This document shows positions 38,431-47,306 of a stretch of DNA of 64,000 nt, piece by piece (the stretch's first letter is position 1; every line of letters starts with the position of its first letter). Under the pieces are notes generated by a model. The model searched no databases, was not told the DNA's origin, and saw only the letters and a program-made list of their open reading frames with translations. A program made the position numbers and the translations under genes. Source of the DNA: Candidatus Woesebacteria bacterium (GTDB lineage: Bacteria; Patescibacteriota; Microgenomatia; UBA8517); the NCBI GenBank assembly GCA_013426185.1, contig CP058602.1:335123-399122 (forward strand), read 5' to 3'.

Positions 38431-39105
38431 ATGATAATTGACATTTTAACACTATTTCCTGAAATGTTTGAGGGACCTTTTGATTATTCTATTCTCAAAC
38501 ATGCCAAAGAAAAGGGGGCTGTCAAAATTAACATTCACTATTTAAGAAATTGGGCAAAAGATAAACATAAGACAACAGATGACAGACCTTTTGGCGGCGG
38601 AGCTGGGATGATACTTAAAGTTGAACCTATTGATAAAGCTATAAAAGATTTAATTAAAAAAGATAAAAAGGGCACCAAAAGAAAAATAATCTTGCTTAGT
38701 CCTCAAGGCAAAGTCTTAACCCAAGAAAAAGTTAAAGAACTCTCAGGTCTTGATCACTTGATTCTAATCGCCGGACATTATGAGGGAGTTGATCAAAGAG
38801 TGATTGACCACTTAATTGACGAGGAACTATCAATTGGAGATTATGTTTTAACAGGAGGCGAGATACCAGCAATGGTAGTTGTAGATAGCGTAGTTAGACT
38901 ATTGCCTAATGTTCTAGAAAAAGAGGTAATAGAAAATGAATCTTTTTCAAAAGGAGATACTCTTGATTATCCTCAATACACTCAACCTAGAAATTATAAA
39001 GGTTGGAAAGTGCCTGAAGTTTTGCTTTCTGGAAATCACAAAGAAATTGAAAAATGGCGAAAGGAAAAAGCGCTTGAGAAAACAGAAGCAAGAAAACAAA
39101 GTTAA
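38431..39105 (+). CDS. trmD: tRNA (guanine37-N1)-methyltransferase TrmD
   Basis: [13 protein letters not shown]...[11 protein letters not shown]...[16 protein letters not shown]/TrmD motifs. Confidence 0.9.
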   Translation: MIIDILTLFPEMFEGPFDYSILKHAKEKGAVKINIHYLRNWAKDKHKTTDDRPFGGGAGMILKVEPIDKAIKDLIKKDKKGTKRKIILLSPQGKVLTQEKVKELSGLDHLILIAGHYEGVDQRVIDHLIDEELSIGDYVLTGGEIPAMVVVDSVVRLLPNVLEKEVIENESFSKGDTLDYPQYTQPRNYKGWKVPEVLLSGNHKEIEKWRKEKALEKTEARKQS

Positions 39106-39148
39106 ATAAGATTATAGAATAGAGATTATAGAGGAAAATTACAAATCA

Positions 39149-39188
39149 CCCGCCTGCAAAAGCTATCGCCTTAGCGATTGCGGGCAGG
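39149..39188 (+). repeat. GC-rich composite hairpin element P3 (cccgcctgc aaaagctatcgccttagcgattgc gggcagg)
   Basis: Nested stems cccgcctgc/gcgggcagg and atcgc/gcgat. An inverted copy (38/40 identical) lies at 55039..55078. Confidence 0.7.
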
Positions 39189-39340
39189 TAAATCCCAAAC
39201 AGACAAATTCCAAATCACGAATTACAATATACAAATTCCAATTTCTAAATTCTAAATTCTAAACAATTTTACAATTATCCAATTTTCCAAATTACAAATT
39301 AAATTAAAACTTAAAAGTCAAAAGTCAAAACTTAAAATTA

Positions 39341-39451
39341 GTAGAAAGTAGTAAGCAGAAAGTAGAAAGGATAATACACAACTTTTAACTTTGAACCTTT
39401 AACTATATTGAATTATGAATTTTTGCTTTCTACTTACTACATTCTACTTTC
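39341..39451. terminator. Long inverted repeat (about 28-bp arms, about 55-nt loop), likely bidirectional terminator
   Basis: gtagaaagtagtaagcagaaagtagaaag ... ctttctacttactacattctactttctgc. T-rich tracts follow the stem on both strands. Confidence 0.45.
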
Positions 39452-39528
39452 TGCTTGTGTCTCTTTTACCTTTTACCCCTTCTTTTAACTATTAATCATA
39501 CTTGATTCTTGATTCGTGATACTTGATA

Positions 39529-40470
39529 CTACTGCGCCCCAATCCCTGAACTTACTAGCTTATCAACTATCTCTTTCCAAGAACTAAACTTGATTCCCAA
39601 TTCATTTTCCGTCTTTTCAACCTTTAACCCACCATAAATTGGATATCTTACCTCAACAAAAGGATTATCAGGATTCGCTTCCTTTTGCTTCTTAATAAAT
39701 TCGTAAATAGAACTTGGAATCACCGCCCCTTTCACCCCCCTCGCTTTTTCTAAAAGATATGAAACCAACTCATACGGAGTAGAGGTATCACAACTTGAAG
39801 CATGAAACACTCCTCTTGCCCCTTTTTTTAAAATAATATTAATCGCTTCCGATACTTCGTCTATAAAAGCTATAGAAACCTGTTGATCATTAAACATGGG
39901 ATAAAGTTTGCCTTCATCAAAAAGTTTCAGTGGCTTTCTTAGATAATCAAGCTTACCCTCAAACTTCGCCCTCACAGGATAAATTATTCTAAGTATTGCT
40001 GCATCTTTCCCCAAAATACTCTCAATTACTCTTTCAGCCTCAGCCTTAGTGAAACCGTACCATGTCAACCTTTCACTATCCGACTCAGGAACACTATCTT
40101 CAGAATAAGGACCGGGGTAATCTTTTGATCCAGGGAAGACCATATCAGTTGAAATGTGAATCAAAAATCTTTTGTACTTTTTACAAAGCTTGGCTAAATT
40201 TTCAACGCCTACAACATTAACTTTAAAACAATTTCCCTCTTTATTATCTCTTTCATTTTCAGCTGCCGAGACATCGGTAAAAGCAGCAAAATTAACAACA
40301 GCAGAAAATTTATTTTCTTCAAAAAACTTCTCAAGAGAAGTGTAATCCGAAATATTCACTTCAGAAGAGCTAGGCGTCAAAAGACTATACTTTGAAGAAT
40401 AAAGCTCAATAAATCGAGAACCAACCAGACCAGAAGCACCAGTAACATATATTCTATTGTTTTTTCTCAT
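39529..40470 (-). CDS. rmlD: dTDP-4-dehydrorhamnose reductase (RmlD-like NAD(P)-dependent reductase)
   Basis: VTGASGLVG Rossmann motif, YGFTKAEAE catalytic YxxxK region. Last gene of an rml operon. Confidence 0.75.
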   Translation of the reverse strand: MRKNNRIYVTGASGLVGSRFIELYSSKYSLLTPSSSEVNISDYTSLEKFFEENKFSAVVNFAAFTDVSAAENERDNKEGNCFKVNVVGVENLAKLCKKYKRFLIHISTDMVFPGSKDYPGPYSEDSVPESDSERLTWYGFTKAEAERVIESILGKDAAILRIIYPVRAKFEGKLDYLRKPLKLFDEGKLYPMFNDQQVSIAFIDEVSEAINIILKKGARGVFHASSCDTSTPYELVSYLLEKARGVKGAVIPSSIYEFIKKQKEANPDNPFVEVRYPIYGGLKVEKTENELGIKFSSWKEIVDKLVSSGIGAQ

Positions 40471-41032
40471 ATTTTTCAGGAAACAAATCTCGCATTCGAG
40501 GGTTACTCCTATCCCTATCTGAAATTATAGGATTGCTAATTGGCCACCTTATGTTAAGATCAGGATCATCCCAAGCAATACCCTTTGCTTTGCTGCTATC
40601 CCAATATTCATCAACAAGGTACATATAATTAACATCTGTGTTGCCAAAAGCGCAGATTGAATTACCCAAACCCTTTGAAATAAACAAAGCAAAACGAGGT
40701 GAATTGTCTTTTGTATTATCAAAAATAAACTCTTCGTAAGCACCAAAGGTGTCACTATCAGGACGGGCGTCAACTATAGCAGCATACATCTTTCCTGTCA
40801 CAGGATAAACCAACTTGTTCCAGTACTCAGTATGTATTGCTCGAATAACGCGAGGCTTGGAAAGAGAATGATTCCATTGACAAGGTTTAAAATCAATTCC
40901 TGTAGCTTTTTTTAATTCATCTAAACGGAAGACTTCGTGGAAAAAACCACGATTATCTTTAAAAATTGGCATCTCTATCTTATAAAGACCTTTAATTTCT
41001 GCTTCGTAAATATGTTCGGTAATTTGCCTCAT
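40454..41032 (-). CDS. rmlC: dTDP-4-dehydrorhamnose 3,5-epimerase
   Basis: Cupin RmlC motifs (FKDNRGFFHEVF, HTEYWNKLVYPVTGKMY, KGLGNSICAFG). Confidence 0.85.
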   Translation of the reverse strand: MRQITEHIYEAEIKGLYKIEMPIFKDNRGFFHEVFRLDELKKATGIDFKPCQWNHSLSKPRVIRAIHTEYWNKLVYPVTGKMYAAIVDARPDSDTFGAYEEFIFDNTKDNSPRFALFISKGLGNSICAFGNTDVNYMYLVDEYWDSSKAKGIAWDDPDLNIRWPISNPIISDRDRSNPRMRDLFPEKYEKKQ

Positions 41033-42042
41033 TTTCGTTTATTATTTGATTTTTGATAAAACTTTTCCGCCTTTCTTTTTAATGGCTGCCACCACCACTT
41101 ATTTTCTTGATACCAATTAACAGTCCTTAAAAGCCATTCATCAAAATCAAACTCAGGTTTAAAACCAAGTTCCTTTCTAATCTTGCTCCAATCAACAGCA
41201 TAACGCCTATCATGTCCAGGTCTATCTTTAATAAACTGAATGTAAGAAGAGTCTTTCTTGAAAATCTTCAAAAGTTTCTTGGCTACCTCTAGATTGTTAA
41301 TATCCTTGGTCAACCCTCCTATCAAATAAGTTTCACCTACTTTTCCTTTCTTGATGACCATCGAAATAGCGCGGCAGTGATCTAAAACATAAAGCCAATC
41401 ACGAACATACTTTCCATCGCCATAAATTAATATCGGTTTATCCTCTATTAGATTAGTAATCGCTCTAGGCAAAAATTTCTCAGGATCCTGATATGGCCCA
41501 AAATTATTGGAACAATTAGTAATGATAACAGGCAAATTGTAAGTAGCATAATAAGCACGAACCAAGTGATCCGAAGCTGCTTTACTAGCAGAATAAGGAG
41601 AACGTGGATTATACGGAGTTTTTTCATTAAATTTGATCTTGCTTCCAAGAGGGAGGGAACCAAAAACCTCGTCGGTTGAGACATGACAAAAAAGCTTTAT
41701 TTTATTTTCTAAAGCAGCATCAAGAAGAGTTTGAGTACCTAAGACATTTGTTTTAACAAAAGTAGCAGGGCCAAAAATAGAGCGGTCGACATGGCTTTCG
41801 GCTGCAAAATGAACAACAACATCAACCCCCTTCATTACCTCGCCCACCAACTTAGAATTGCAAATATCACCTTTTACAAATTTATAATTTTTATTTTTGG
41901 CAAAGTCTAAAGTAGAAGAAATATGGCCAGCATAGGTTAACTTATCAAGATTTATTATTTTGTCTTTTGGATTTTCTTTTAAATAGTAGCGTATAAAATT
42001 AGAACCTATAAAACCGCAACCGCCAGTAACCAAAATTTTCAT
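41029..42042 (-). CDS. rmlB: dTDP-glucose 4,6-dehydratase
   Basis: ILVTGGCGFIGSNF, YSASKAASDHLVRAY (YxxxK), short-chain dehydrogenase/dehydratase family. Confidence 0.9.
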   Translation of the reverse strand: MKILVTGGCGFIGSNFIRYYLKENPKDKIINLDKLTYAGHISSTLDFAKNKNYKFVKGDICNSKLVGEVMKGVDVVVHFAAESHVDRSIFGPATFVKTNVLGTQTLLDAALENKIKLFCHVSTDEVFGSLPLGSKIKFNEKTPYNPRSPYSASKAASDHLVRAYYATYNLPVIITNCSNNFGPYQDPEKFLPRAITNLIEDKPILIYGDGKYVRDWLYVLDHCRAISMVIKKGKVGETYLIGGLTKDINNLEVAKKLLKIFKKDSSYIQFIKDRPGHDRRYAVDWSKIRKELGFKPEFDFDEWLLRTVNWYQENKWWWQPLKRKAEKFYQKSNNKRK

Positions 42043-42758
42043 CTTTCTTTAGATTTTTTAGCCCAATACTTATTTGCTTCAAATAAAGTTTCAAAAGTTC
42101 CAGCATCACGCCAATAACCTCTTAAAATAGACCATGTCAATTTTTTCTCTTGCAAATAAAGATTATTAACATCTGTTATTTCAAGTTCTCCTCTTCCCGA
42201 GGGTTTTATTTTCTTAATCTTGGAAAAAACACTGAAATCGTAAAGATAAAGACCTGTTACAGCATAATTTGATTTAGGTTTCTTGGGTTTTTCCTCAATT
42301 CTAATTATTTCTCTATTTTTACCAAAAACAGGAACACCAAAACGCTCAGGATCAGGAATTTCTCTTAAAAACAAATGGGCTCCTTCCTTAAACCTTTTAA
42401 CATCAGCTGATATGTCAGCATCCGTGCAGTTGTCTCCTAAAATCACACAAATAGAATCCCCATCTGCAAAATCTTCGGCTAAAGAAAGCGCAGCTGCAAT
42501 ACCGCCCTCACCTTCCTGATAGGCATACTCAAGATGCTTCACTCCCAATTCTTTGCCGTTTTTTAAAACTCTCACAAAATGTCCTGCATAAGGACCGCCT
42601 GTGACTACTAAGACCTCTTTAATTCCAGCCTTAACCAAAGTAGAAATGGGGTAAAAAACCATAGGCTTATCATAAACCGGAAGAAGATGTTTATTTGTAG
42701 CGTAAGTCAGAGGATAAAGCCTTGTCCCTAAACCTCCAGCCAGAACTACCCCTTTCAT
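42039..42758 (-). CDS. rmlA: Glucose-1-phosphate thymidylyltransferase (short form)
   Basis: KGVVLAGGLGTRLYPLTYATNKHLLPV nucleotidyltransferase motif. 239 aa. Confidence 0.8.
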   Translation of the reverse strand: MKGVVLAGGLGTRLYPLTYATNKHLLPVYDKPMVFYPISTLVKAGIKEVLVVTGGPYAGHFVRVLKNGKELGVKHLEYAYQEGEGGIAAALSLAEDFADGDSICVILGDNCTDADISADVKRFKEGAHLFLREIPDPERFGVPVFGKNREIIRIEEKPKKPKSNYAVTGLYLYDFSVFSKIKKIKPSGRGELEITDVNNLYLQEKKLTWSILRGYWRDAGTFETLFEANKYWAKKSKER

Positions 42759-42850
42759 AACTTTCTAATTATAGCAGACCTTTCAATTCCAAGCCGGGTT
42801 TGGAATTCTATTGACAACGCGGGAAATTTCAATGAAGATATAAGTAAAAC

Positions 42851-43522
42851 ATGCCAATTCGAAAGATTCCCTTAAGGACCGGCTATATCTACCATATATT
42901 TAATCGAGGTATAAATCATGCTCCTATTTTCTACAGCAAAAGAGATTACCAAAGATTTACAAATCTTATAAGTTATTATCGCTGGGGTGATAATCCAGTA
43001 AAATATTCTCGTTTTCAGACTCTTTCAGATGAAATTAAAAATGAAATAAGACAAAACTCTAAAGAGAAATTGGTAAGTTTTATTTCCAACTGCCTAATAC
43101 CCAATCACTTTCACTTTGTCCTGCGTCAAGAGAAGGAAAACGGTATCAGCTATTTTGTTAACCGTTTCTTAGCAGCATACACAAAATTCTTCAACACCAA
43201 ATACAAAAGAAGTGGTCCGTTGTTTGAAAACAGATTCAAAGCTGTGCTAGTTGAAACTGACGAACAATTAATACACCTTGTAAGATATATCCACTTGAAT
43301 CCTTATTCTTCGGGAGTGGTCAAAAGCTTAAGAGGCTTATTGAGCTATCCATGGTCTTCGTTACAAGAGTATCTAGATCCTCAAGTCATAGGTATTTGTG
43401 ATGAAAAAGAAATGGTCTTAAAGCTTTTTAAAGATGACAGGGAAACTTTTAAAAAATTTACTTTAGACCAAGCAGAATACCAGAAAAGATTAGACAAGAT
43501 AAAGCATCTTATACAAGAATAA
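42851..43522 (+). CDS. IS200-like / REP-associated tyrosine transposase (RAYT, Y1 HUH family, COG1943)
   Basis: GYIYHIFNRGIN N-terminal motif, HUH motif NHFHFVL, catalytic Tyr region VRYIHLNP. 223 aa. Confidence 0.75.
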   Translation: MPIRKIPLRTGYIYHIFNRGINHAPIFYSKRDYQRFTNLISYYRWGDNPVKYSRFQTLSDEIKNEIRQNSKEKLVSFISNCLIPNHFHFVLRQEKENGISYFVNRFLAAYTKFFNTKYKRSGPLFENRFKAVLVETDEQLIHLVRYIHLNPYSSGVVKSLRGLLSYPWSSLQEYLDPQVIGICDEKEMVLKLFKDDRETFKKFTLDQAEYQKRLDKIKHLIQE

Positions 43523-43542
43523 ATCCCGCGTTGGCGTAGCTT

Positions 43543-43561
43543 TTCCAAACCCGGCTTGGAA
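43543..43561 (+). repeat. REP-like hairpin P1 copy (ttccaa-acccggc-ttggaa)
   Basis: 6-bp stem ttccaa/ttggaa with 7-nt GC-rich loop. Same orientation as the copy at 63304..63322. Inverted relative to 42787..42805. Confidence 0.7.
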
Positions 43562-43570
43562 ATTTCAAGA

Positions 43571-44077
43571 TCAAGTATGTTTATCAGCAACTGAAGAAGC
43601 ACCCCAGCTTTCGGGCTTAGTTTTAGCTACAAAGCCATTACCTGAAACCATCCCCACAACCTCTTTAATCATTTCGCGAGTTGACCCCAAAGCCCCGACA
43701 TCAATATGTATCTCAAGATCATATTTTGCTGCTGTAATCACTTTTCTTATCTCAGGCACTATCTTTTGAGCTAGTTCCAAAGACATCAAGGTCTCAGTAT
43801 AAATTCTGTCCCGCAAGACGGGTTTTTTAACAAAGACCTTGTTTTTCCGCCAAAAATATTTGGCACCACGACCCTGACGATGAACAACAACAGCTGTCAC
43901 AAAATCAACTTCCGACTTACCATTAATTCTATGGACCTGTGAATCGGTACCAATAACAAGACGATAAAAAGAGAGAGGCTCCTCCTCAACAAATCGAGTC
44001 ATGTCATAAACCATCTCTTGAATACTCATCTTTCCCTTTGTAGGACTTATAAAAACTATTTCTTCATTTTTTCCCAT
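43571..44077 (-). CDS. RNase H-like YkuK/DUF458 family protein
   Basis: 168 aa. LVIGTDSQVH and HIDVGALGSTREM motifs, as in YkuK-type RNase H-fold proteins. Family assignment from memory and tentative. Confidence 0.45.
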   Translation of the reverse strand: MGKNEEIVFISPTKGKMSIQEMVYDMTRFVEEEPLSFYRLVIGTDSQVHRINGKSEVDFVTAVVVHRQGRGAKYFWRKNKVFVKKPVLRDRIYTETLMSLELAQKIVPEIRKVITAAKYDLEIHIDVGALGSTREMIKEVVGMVSGNGFVAKTKPESWGASSVADKHT

Positions 44078-44115
44078 AACCTAGATTATACTACCCGAAA
44101 CTAATCCGAAGCAAA

Positions 44116-44373
44116 TTAAGAAAAAAGTAGAGAAAAGACAACAACAAGCCCTAGTAAAGCAACAGCAACATACTCAATTACGACTTGAAGGTAAAGATCA
44201 TTGTGAATTTTGTGATGAATAACCCCCCAGACGATGTAAGACAAAGCTGCAGAAACAAAAACAGCCGCCTGAAAAAGCCTATCATAAGAAAAAAACCAAA
44301 AACCCAAAACTGTCAAAAAGAGTATCCCCAAAAGCCCCAAATAATGAGGTAAGTGTTTTAGTTTTTGTTTCAT
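44116..44373 (-). CDS. Small 2-TM membrane protein
   Basis: 85 aa, two hydrophobic helices. 4-nt overlap with the upstream CAP-domain gene. Confidence 0.4.
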   Translation of the reverse strand: MKQKLKHLPHYLGLLGILFLTVLGFWFFSYDRLFQAAVFVSAALSYIVWGVIHHKIHNDLYLQVVIEYVAVALLGLVVVFSLLFS

Positions 44374-45356
44374 AGAATTTTACCTGCTTTCAAAATGAAA
44401 GCGATTGCCAAAATCATACCAATAAAAGAAATATGAGCAAAAGAACGCCCTGAAACTCGGGTAATATTTTTCCTTGAGACAATGATAGCATCAACCAGAA
44501 AAACGATAAACAAGATAATCAAAAAGAAAAAGGACAAATCGCGAACCAAATTAAAAGGCGAGATCAAAAAAGCCCTTGGCGGAGGTGTTCTTGAAACATT
44601 TTCCCCCAAAGCAGAACCTGATTTAATAACCAAGCCGTTTTGACTCGGAACAAAAGCAAGAGGAGTAGGTTCAGAAAGAGGAGCTTGTGTGGGCAGTGGC
44701 AGCGCTTTTTCTTCCTGGACTTTTACACTTACAACTGACGGCTTTTGTTCCTCCTTCTTGGCAACAGGCGAAACCTGACTAGTTCCTGCCATCCTAGTTC
44801 CAAAAAACTGAACAATAAGAGTTGTATCAACTCCTGCCAAATCCCCTTCAACAACCGCTATTCCTATCTCCTCGTATTTGGGAGAAAGCATATTCTCACG
44901 GTGTGAAGGAGAAGTCATCCAAGCATCAACAGCAGAAGCAGCGTTCGAAAAATCGCGTGCCAGATTTTCCCCTGCATAGCGGTATTTATATCCTGCGTCA
45001 AGAAAAAATTTCCAAGGCTCAACACCATCAGGCGAAACATGGGCCCAATAATCCTTGGCAAGCATATCCTCACCTTTATTTTTAGCAGCTTGACTTAAAA
45101 CAGGGTCAAGTTTAAGCGGCGGAAGACCAGCCTCCTGCCTTTTCTGGTTTGTCAAACGGAAAACCTCATCAACTGAAATATTGGCAGCATAACCCAAGAC
45201 ACGAACGTTAGCTCTGGGAAGAAAATGCAAAAAAATCTGAAGAAAAGACAAAAGGAAAGCAATAATTACTAAAGTCGAAGGATGAAGCAACTTAGGCTTT
45301 TGATTATTTGAATGATGAGGAATAAAAAGATGAATTAAAAAATTGCGAATAGACAT
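44370..45356 (-). CDS. CAP/SCP/PR-1 domain (YkwD-like) secreted protein with N-terminal TM anchor
   Basis: CAP motifs LSQAAKNKGEDMLAKDYWAHVSPDG ... YAGENLARDF ... WMTSPSHRENML. PT-rich linker. Confidence 0.7.
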   Translation of the reverse strand: MSIRNFLIHLFIPHHSNNQKPKLLHPSTLVIIAFLLSFLQIFLHFLPRANVRVLGYAANISVDEVFRLTNQKRQEAGLPPLKLDPVLSQAAKNKGEDMLAKDYWAHVSPDGVEPWKFFLDAGYKYRYAGENLARDFSNAASAVDAWMTSPSHRENMLSPKYEEIGIAVVEGDLAGVDTTLIVQFFGTRMAGTSQVSPVAKKEEQKPSVVSVKVQEEKALPLPTQAPLSEPTPLAFVPSQNGLVIKSGSALGENVSRTPPPRAFLISPFNLVRDLSFFFLIILFIVFLVDAIIVSRKNITRVSGRSFAHISFIGMILAIAFILKAGKIL

Positions 45357-45427
45357 TATCTAAATATTAAACTTAAAATGAGGTTAATTCAAGCAGACAA
45401 ATGAGGGTAATGGTATAATAAAAAAGC

Positions 45428-45498
45428 GGGCTTATAGTTTAATGGTAAAACGCACCCTTCGCATGGGTGAGATCCGAGTTCGATTCTCGGTAAGTCCA
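45428..45498 (+). tRNA. tRNA-Ala (anticodon CGC)
   Basis: Manual fold: acceptor GGGCUUA/UAAGUCC with the G3:U70 Ala identity pair, D-arm GUUU/AAAC, anticodon stem CACCC/GGGUG with loop UUCGCAU, T-arm CCGAGUUCGAUUCUCGG. No encoded CCA. Confidence 0.8.
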
Positions 45499-45571
45499 CA
45501 AAAACTTGACAAAACAAATAAAATACCCTATAATATAGTTATCAGATGATTGCTAGAATCATCTGTTTCCA

Positions 45572-45638
45572 AAGCTTGGGGGAGAGAAAATTTTTAATAA
45601 ATTTTATCTGTCCCTCCTCCCCCAAGCTTTTTTATTTT
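45572..45638 (+). terminator. Rho-independent terminator after tRNA-Ala
   Basis: aagcttgggggagag...ccctcctcccccaagctt followed by ttttttatttt. Preceded by a second hairpin cagatgattgctagaatcatctg (45543..45565). Confidence 0.7.
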
Positions 45639-45686
45639 CCTCAAAGACAATACCCTCAGACAAAAGTGTTATTATAAATAAGTCAA

Positions 45687-47156
45687 ATGAATAACCAGAA
45701 AAAGTTTCTTATCTACCCAACTCTAATAATTATCATCTTCTTTCTAATCCGCCTAACAAATTTGACATTACAACCTATTTTTTGTGATGAAGCTATCTAT
45801 ATAAACTGGGCTCAAAAAATAGGAAGTAATCCCAAACTAAATGCTTTCTTGCCTTTAGTAGACGGCAAGACTCCTCTTTTTATGTGGATAACTTCATTAA
45901 GTCTTAAAATTTTCAAGGACCCGCTTTTTTCAGGAAGAATAATCTCAGTTCTTGCCGGTTTTTCTTCTCTTGCTGCCGCTTTTTTTCTTGGAAAAGAAAT
46001 TTTCAAAACAAAAACAGGAATTATCTTTGCCATTCTAATCACTTTTTTGCCCTTTACCCTGTTTTTCGACAGAATGGCTTTAGTTGATTCAATGCTTGCT
46101 TCATTTTATCTTTGGTCCCTCGTGCTTGCCTTAAAAATATCTCAAAAGCCCAAGGTCAAAACAGCCGTTCTCTTAGGCTTAAGCCTGGGAGGAGGAATAT
46201 TAACCAAAACACCGGGAATTTTTGCTTTTATCTCTTTACCCTTCATACTCATTACCACCAACTTAAAAAATTTTAAAAAGGTAGCACTTAATCTTAGCCT
46301 TTCCACTTTTATTGGCCTTTTAATTTTTAACCTGCTTAGAATTAGCCCCTATTTTGAAAACTTATCAAAAAGAGACAATGATTACTACTTTCCCATAAAA
46401 CATATCCTAGAAAACCCCACAAATCCTCTAATTGGCAATACAAAATATCTAGTTGAAGCTCTTAGTAAATTTTTGACTCTGCCTATATTTTTAATCACCT
46501 TATTCTCTATCCTTTTGGTTTTTTATAAAAAAGACAGAAAACTCTTAACGATACTTCTTTGGAGTCTTATTCCAATTGTTCCAATGTTATTTTTGCTTAA
46601 AACTTTTACTTCGCGATACATACTTTTTTCCACAATGCCGCTTATTATAATCTTAAGCTGGGGAATAACTATCTTGATAGAAAAATACCAGAAAGTCGGC
46701 AAAATAATATTTGGAGCATCTTTAATTCCTGCTTTAATTTTTGATTATTATCTTTTATTTAATCCGACCAAAGCACCTCTTCCTAAAGACGACAGAAAAG
46801 GTTATTTTGAAGACTGGACCGCTGGCTATGGAATTAAAGAAATTGCTAGTTTTTTGAAAGAAAAAGCTAAAAAAGGCAATGTCTTAATTGTAACCGAAGG
46901 AGCATTTGGTACTCTTCCTGATGGAATCGCAATCTATACTAAAGGTAATTCTAATATTGAAATTTGGCACGCCAGTTCAATAATTGAGCCTTATATTTAC
47001 GATGAAGCAAAAACAAGAGAAGTCTATTTTGCTGTCAACAAATCAAGATTTGTAAATAATCCTAACTTAGAGCTGATTAAAGAATACCCCAAAGCCAAAA
47101 GTTTAGATGAGAAAAAAGGACAAGACGCCTTGCTTCTATTCAAGATTAATCCCTAA
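45687..47156 (+). CDS. GT-C family membrane glycosyltransferase (ArnT/PMT-like), paralogue of 3308..4831
   Basis: IFCDEAIYINWAQ loop-1 motif. C-terminal domain shares FEDWTAGYGIKE...TLPDG...EYPKAK with 3308..4831. Confidence 0.7.
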   Translation: MNNQKKFLIYPTLIIIIFFLIRLTNLTLQPIFCDEAIYINWAQKIGSNPKLNAFLPLVDGKTPLFMWITSLSLKIFKDPLFSGRIISVLAGFSSLAAAFFLGKEIFKTKTGIIFAILITFLPFTLFFDRMALVDSMLASFYLWSLVLALKISQKPKVKTAVLLGLSLGGGILTKTPGIFAFISLPFILITTNLKNFKKVALNLSLSTFIGLLIFNLLRISPYFENLSKRDNDYYFPIKHILENPTNPLIGNTKYLVEALSKFLTLPIFLITLFSILLVFYKKDRKLLTILLWSLIPIVPMLFLLKTFTSRYILFSTMPLIIILSWGITILIEKYQKVGKIIFGASLIPALIFDYYLLFNPTKAPLPKDDRKGYFEDWTAGYGIKEIASFLKEKAKKGNVLIVTEGAFGTLPDGIAIYTKGNSNIEIWHASSIIEPYIYDEAKTREVYFAVNKSRFVNNPNLELIKEYPKAKSLDEKKGQDALLLFKINP

Positions 47157-47158
47157 GT

Positions 47159-47222
47159 AGGAGGTGCGAAGCTATTCCACCTGGAAGGTGGGACAGGTTC
47201 GCACCTCCTCTTATTACTCTTC
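47159..47222 (+). terminator. Rho-independent terminator (12-bp GC-rich stem)
   Basis: taggaggtgcgaa...ttcgcacctcct then cttattactcttctct. Confidence 0.6.
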
Positions 47223-47306
47223 TCTAACAATTAATTTGAATATAAAAGATATCTGAAGCCAAGAAAAACCCCTCCTTAAGTCAAAAAGAGGTCTAAGACT
47301 TAGATC

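Larger units (their letters stand above)
39106..39528. repeat. Mosaic intergenic repeat region between convergent trmD and rmlD
   Basis: Contains the P3 GC-rich hairpin, modules M5/M6/M4, the 28-bp inverted repeat pair, and M3-M2-M1. Organisation parallels 21831..22225. Last 55 nt are the reverse complement of 54930..54985 and of 57123..57175. Confidence 0.65.
42787..43561 (+). mobile_element. REP-flanked Y1 (HUH) transposase unit: IS200/RAYT-like gene bounded by inverted hairpin repeats
   Basis: Left ttccaagccgggtttggaa (42787..42805) and right ttccaaacccggcttggaa (43543..43561) are exact reverse complements. A second inverted pair, caacgcgggaaattt (42815..42829) and aaatcccgcgttg (43521..43533), hugs the ORF. 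A third REP copy lies at 63304..63322. Confidence 0.65.

Noticed and set aside
39106-39528. Hidden tRNA or small protein gene in the 420-bp trmD-rmlD spacer
   Set aside because: No T-arm GTTCGA / cloverleaf candidates. Only very short AT-rich ORFs. The region is fully accounted for by repeat modules and the long inverted repeat.
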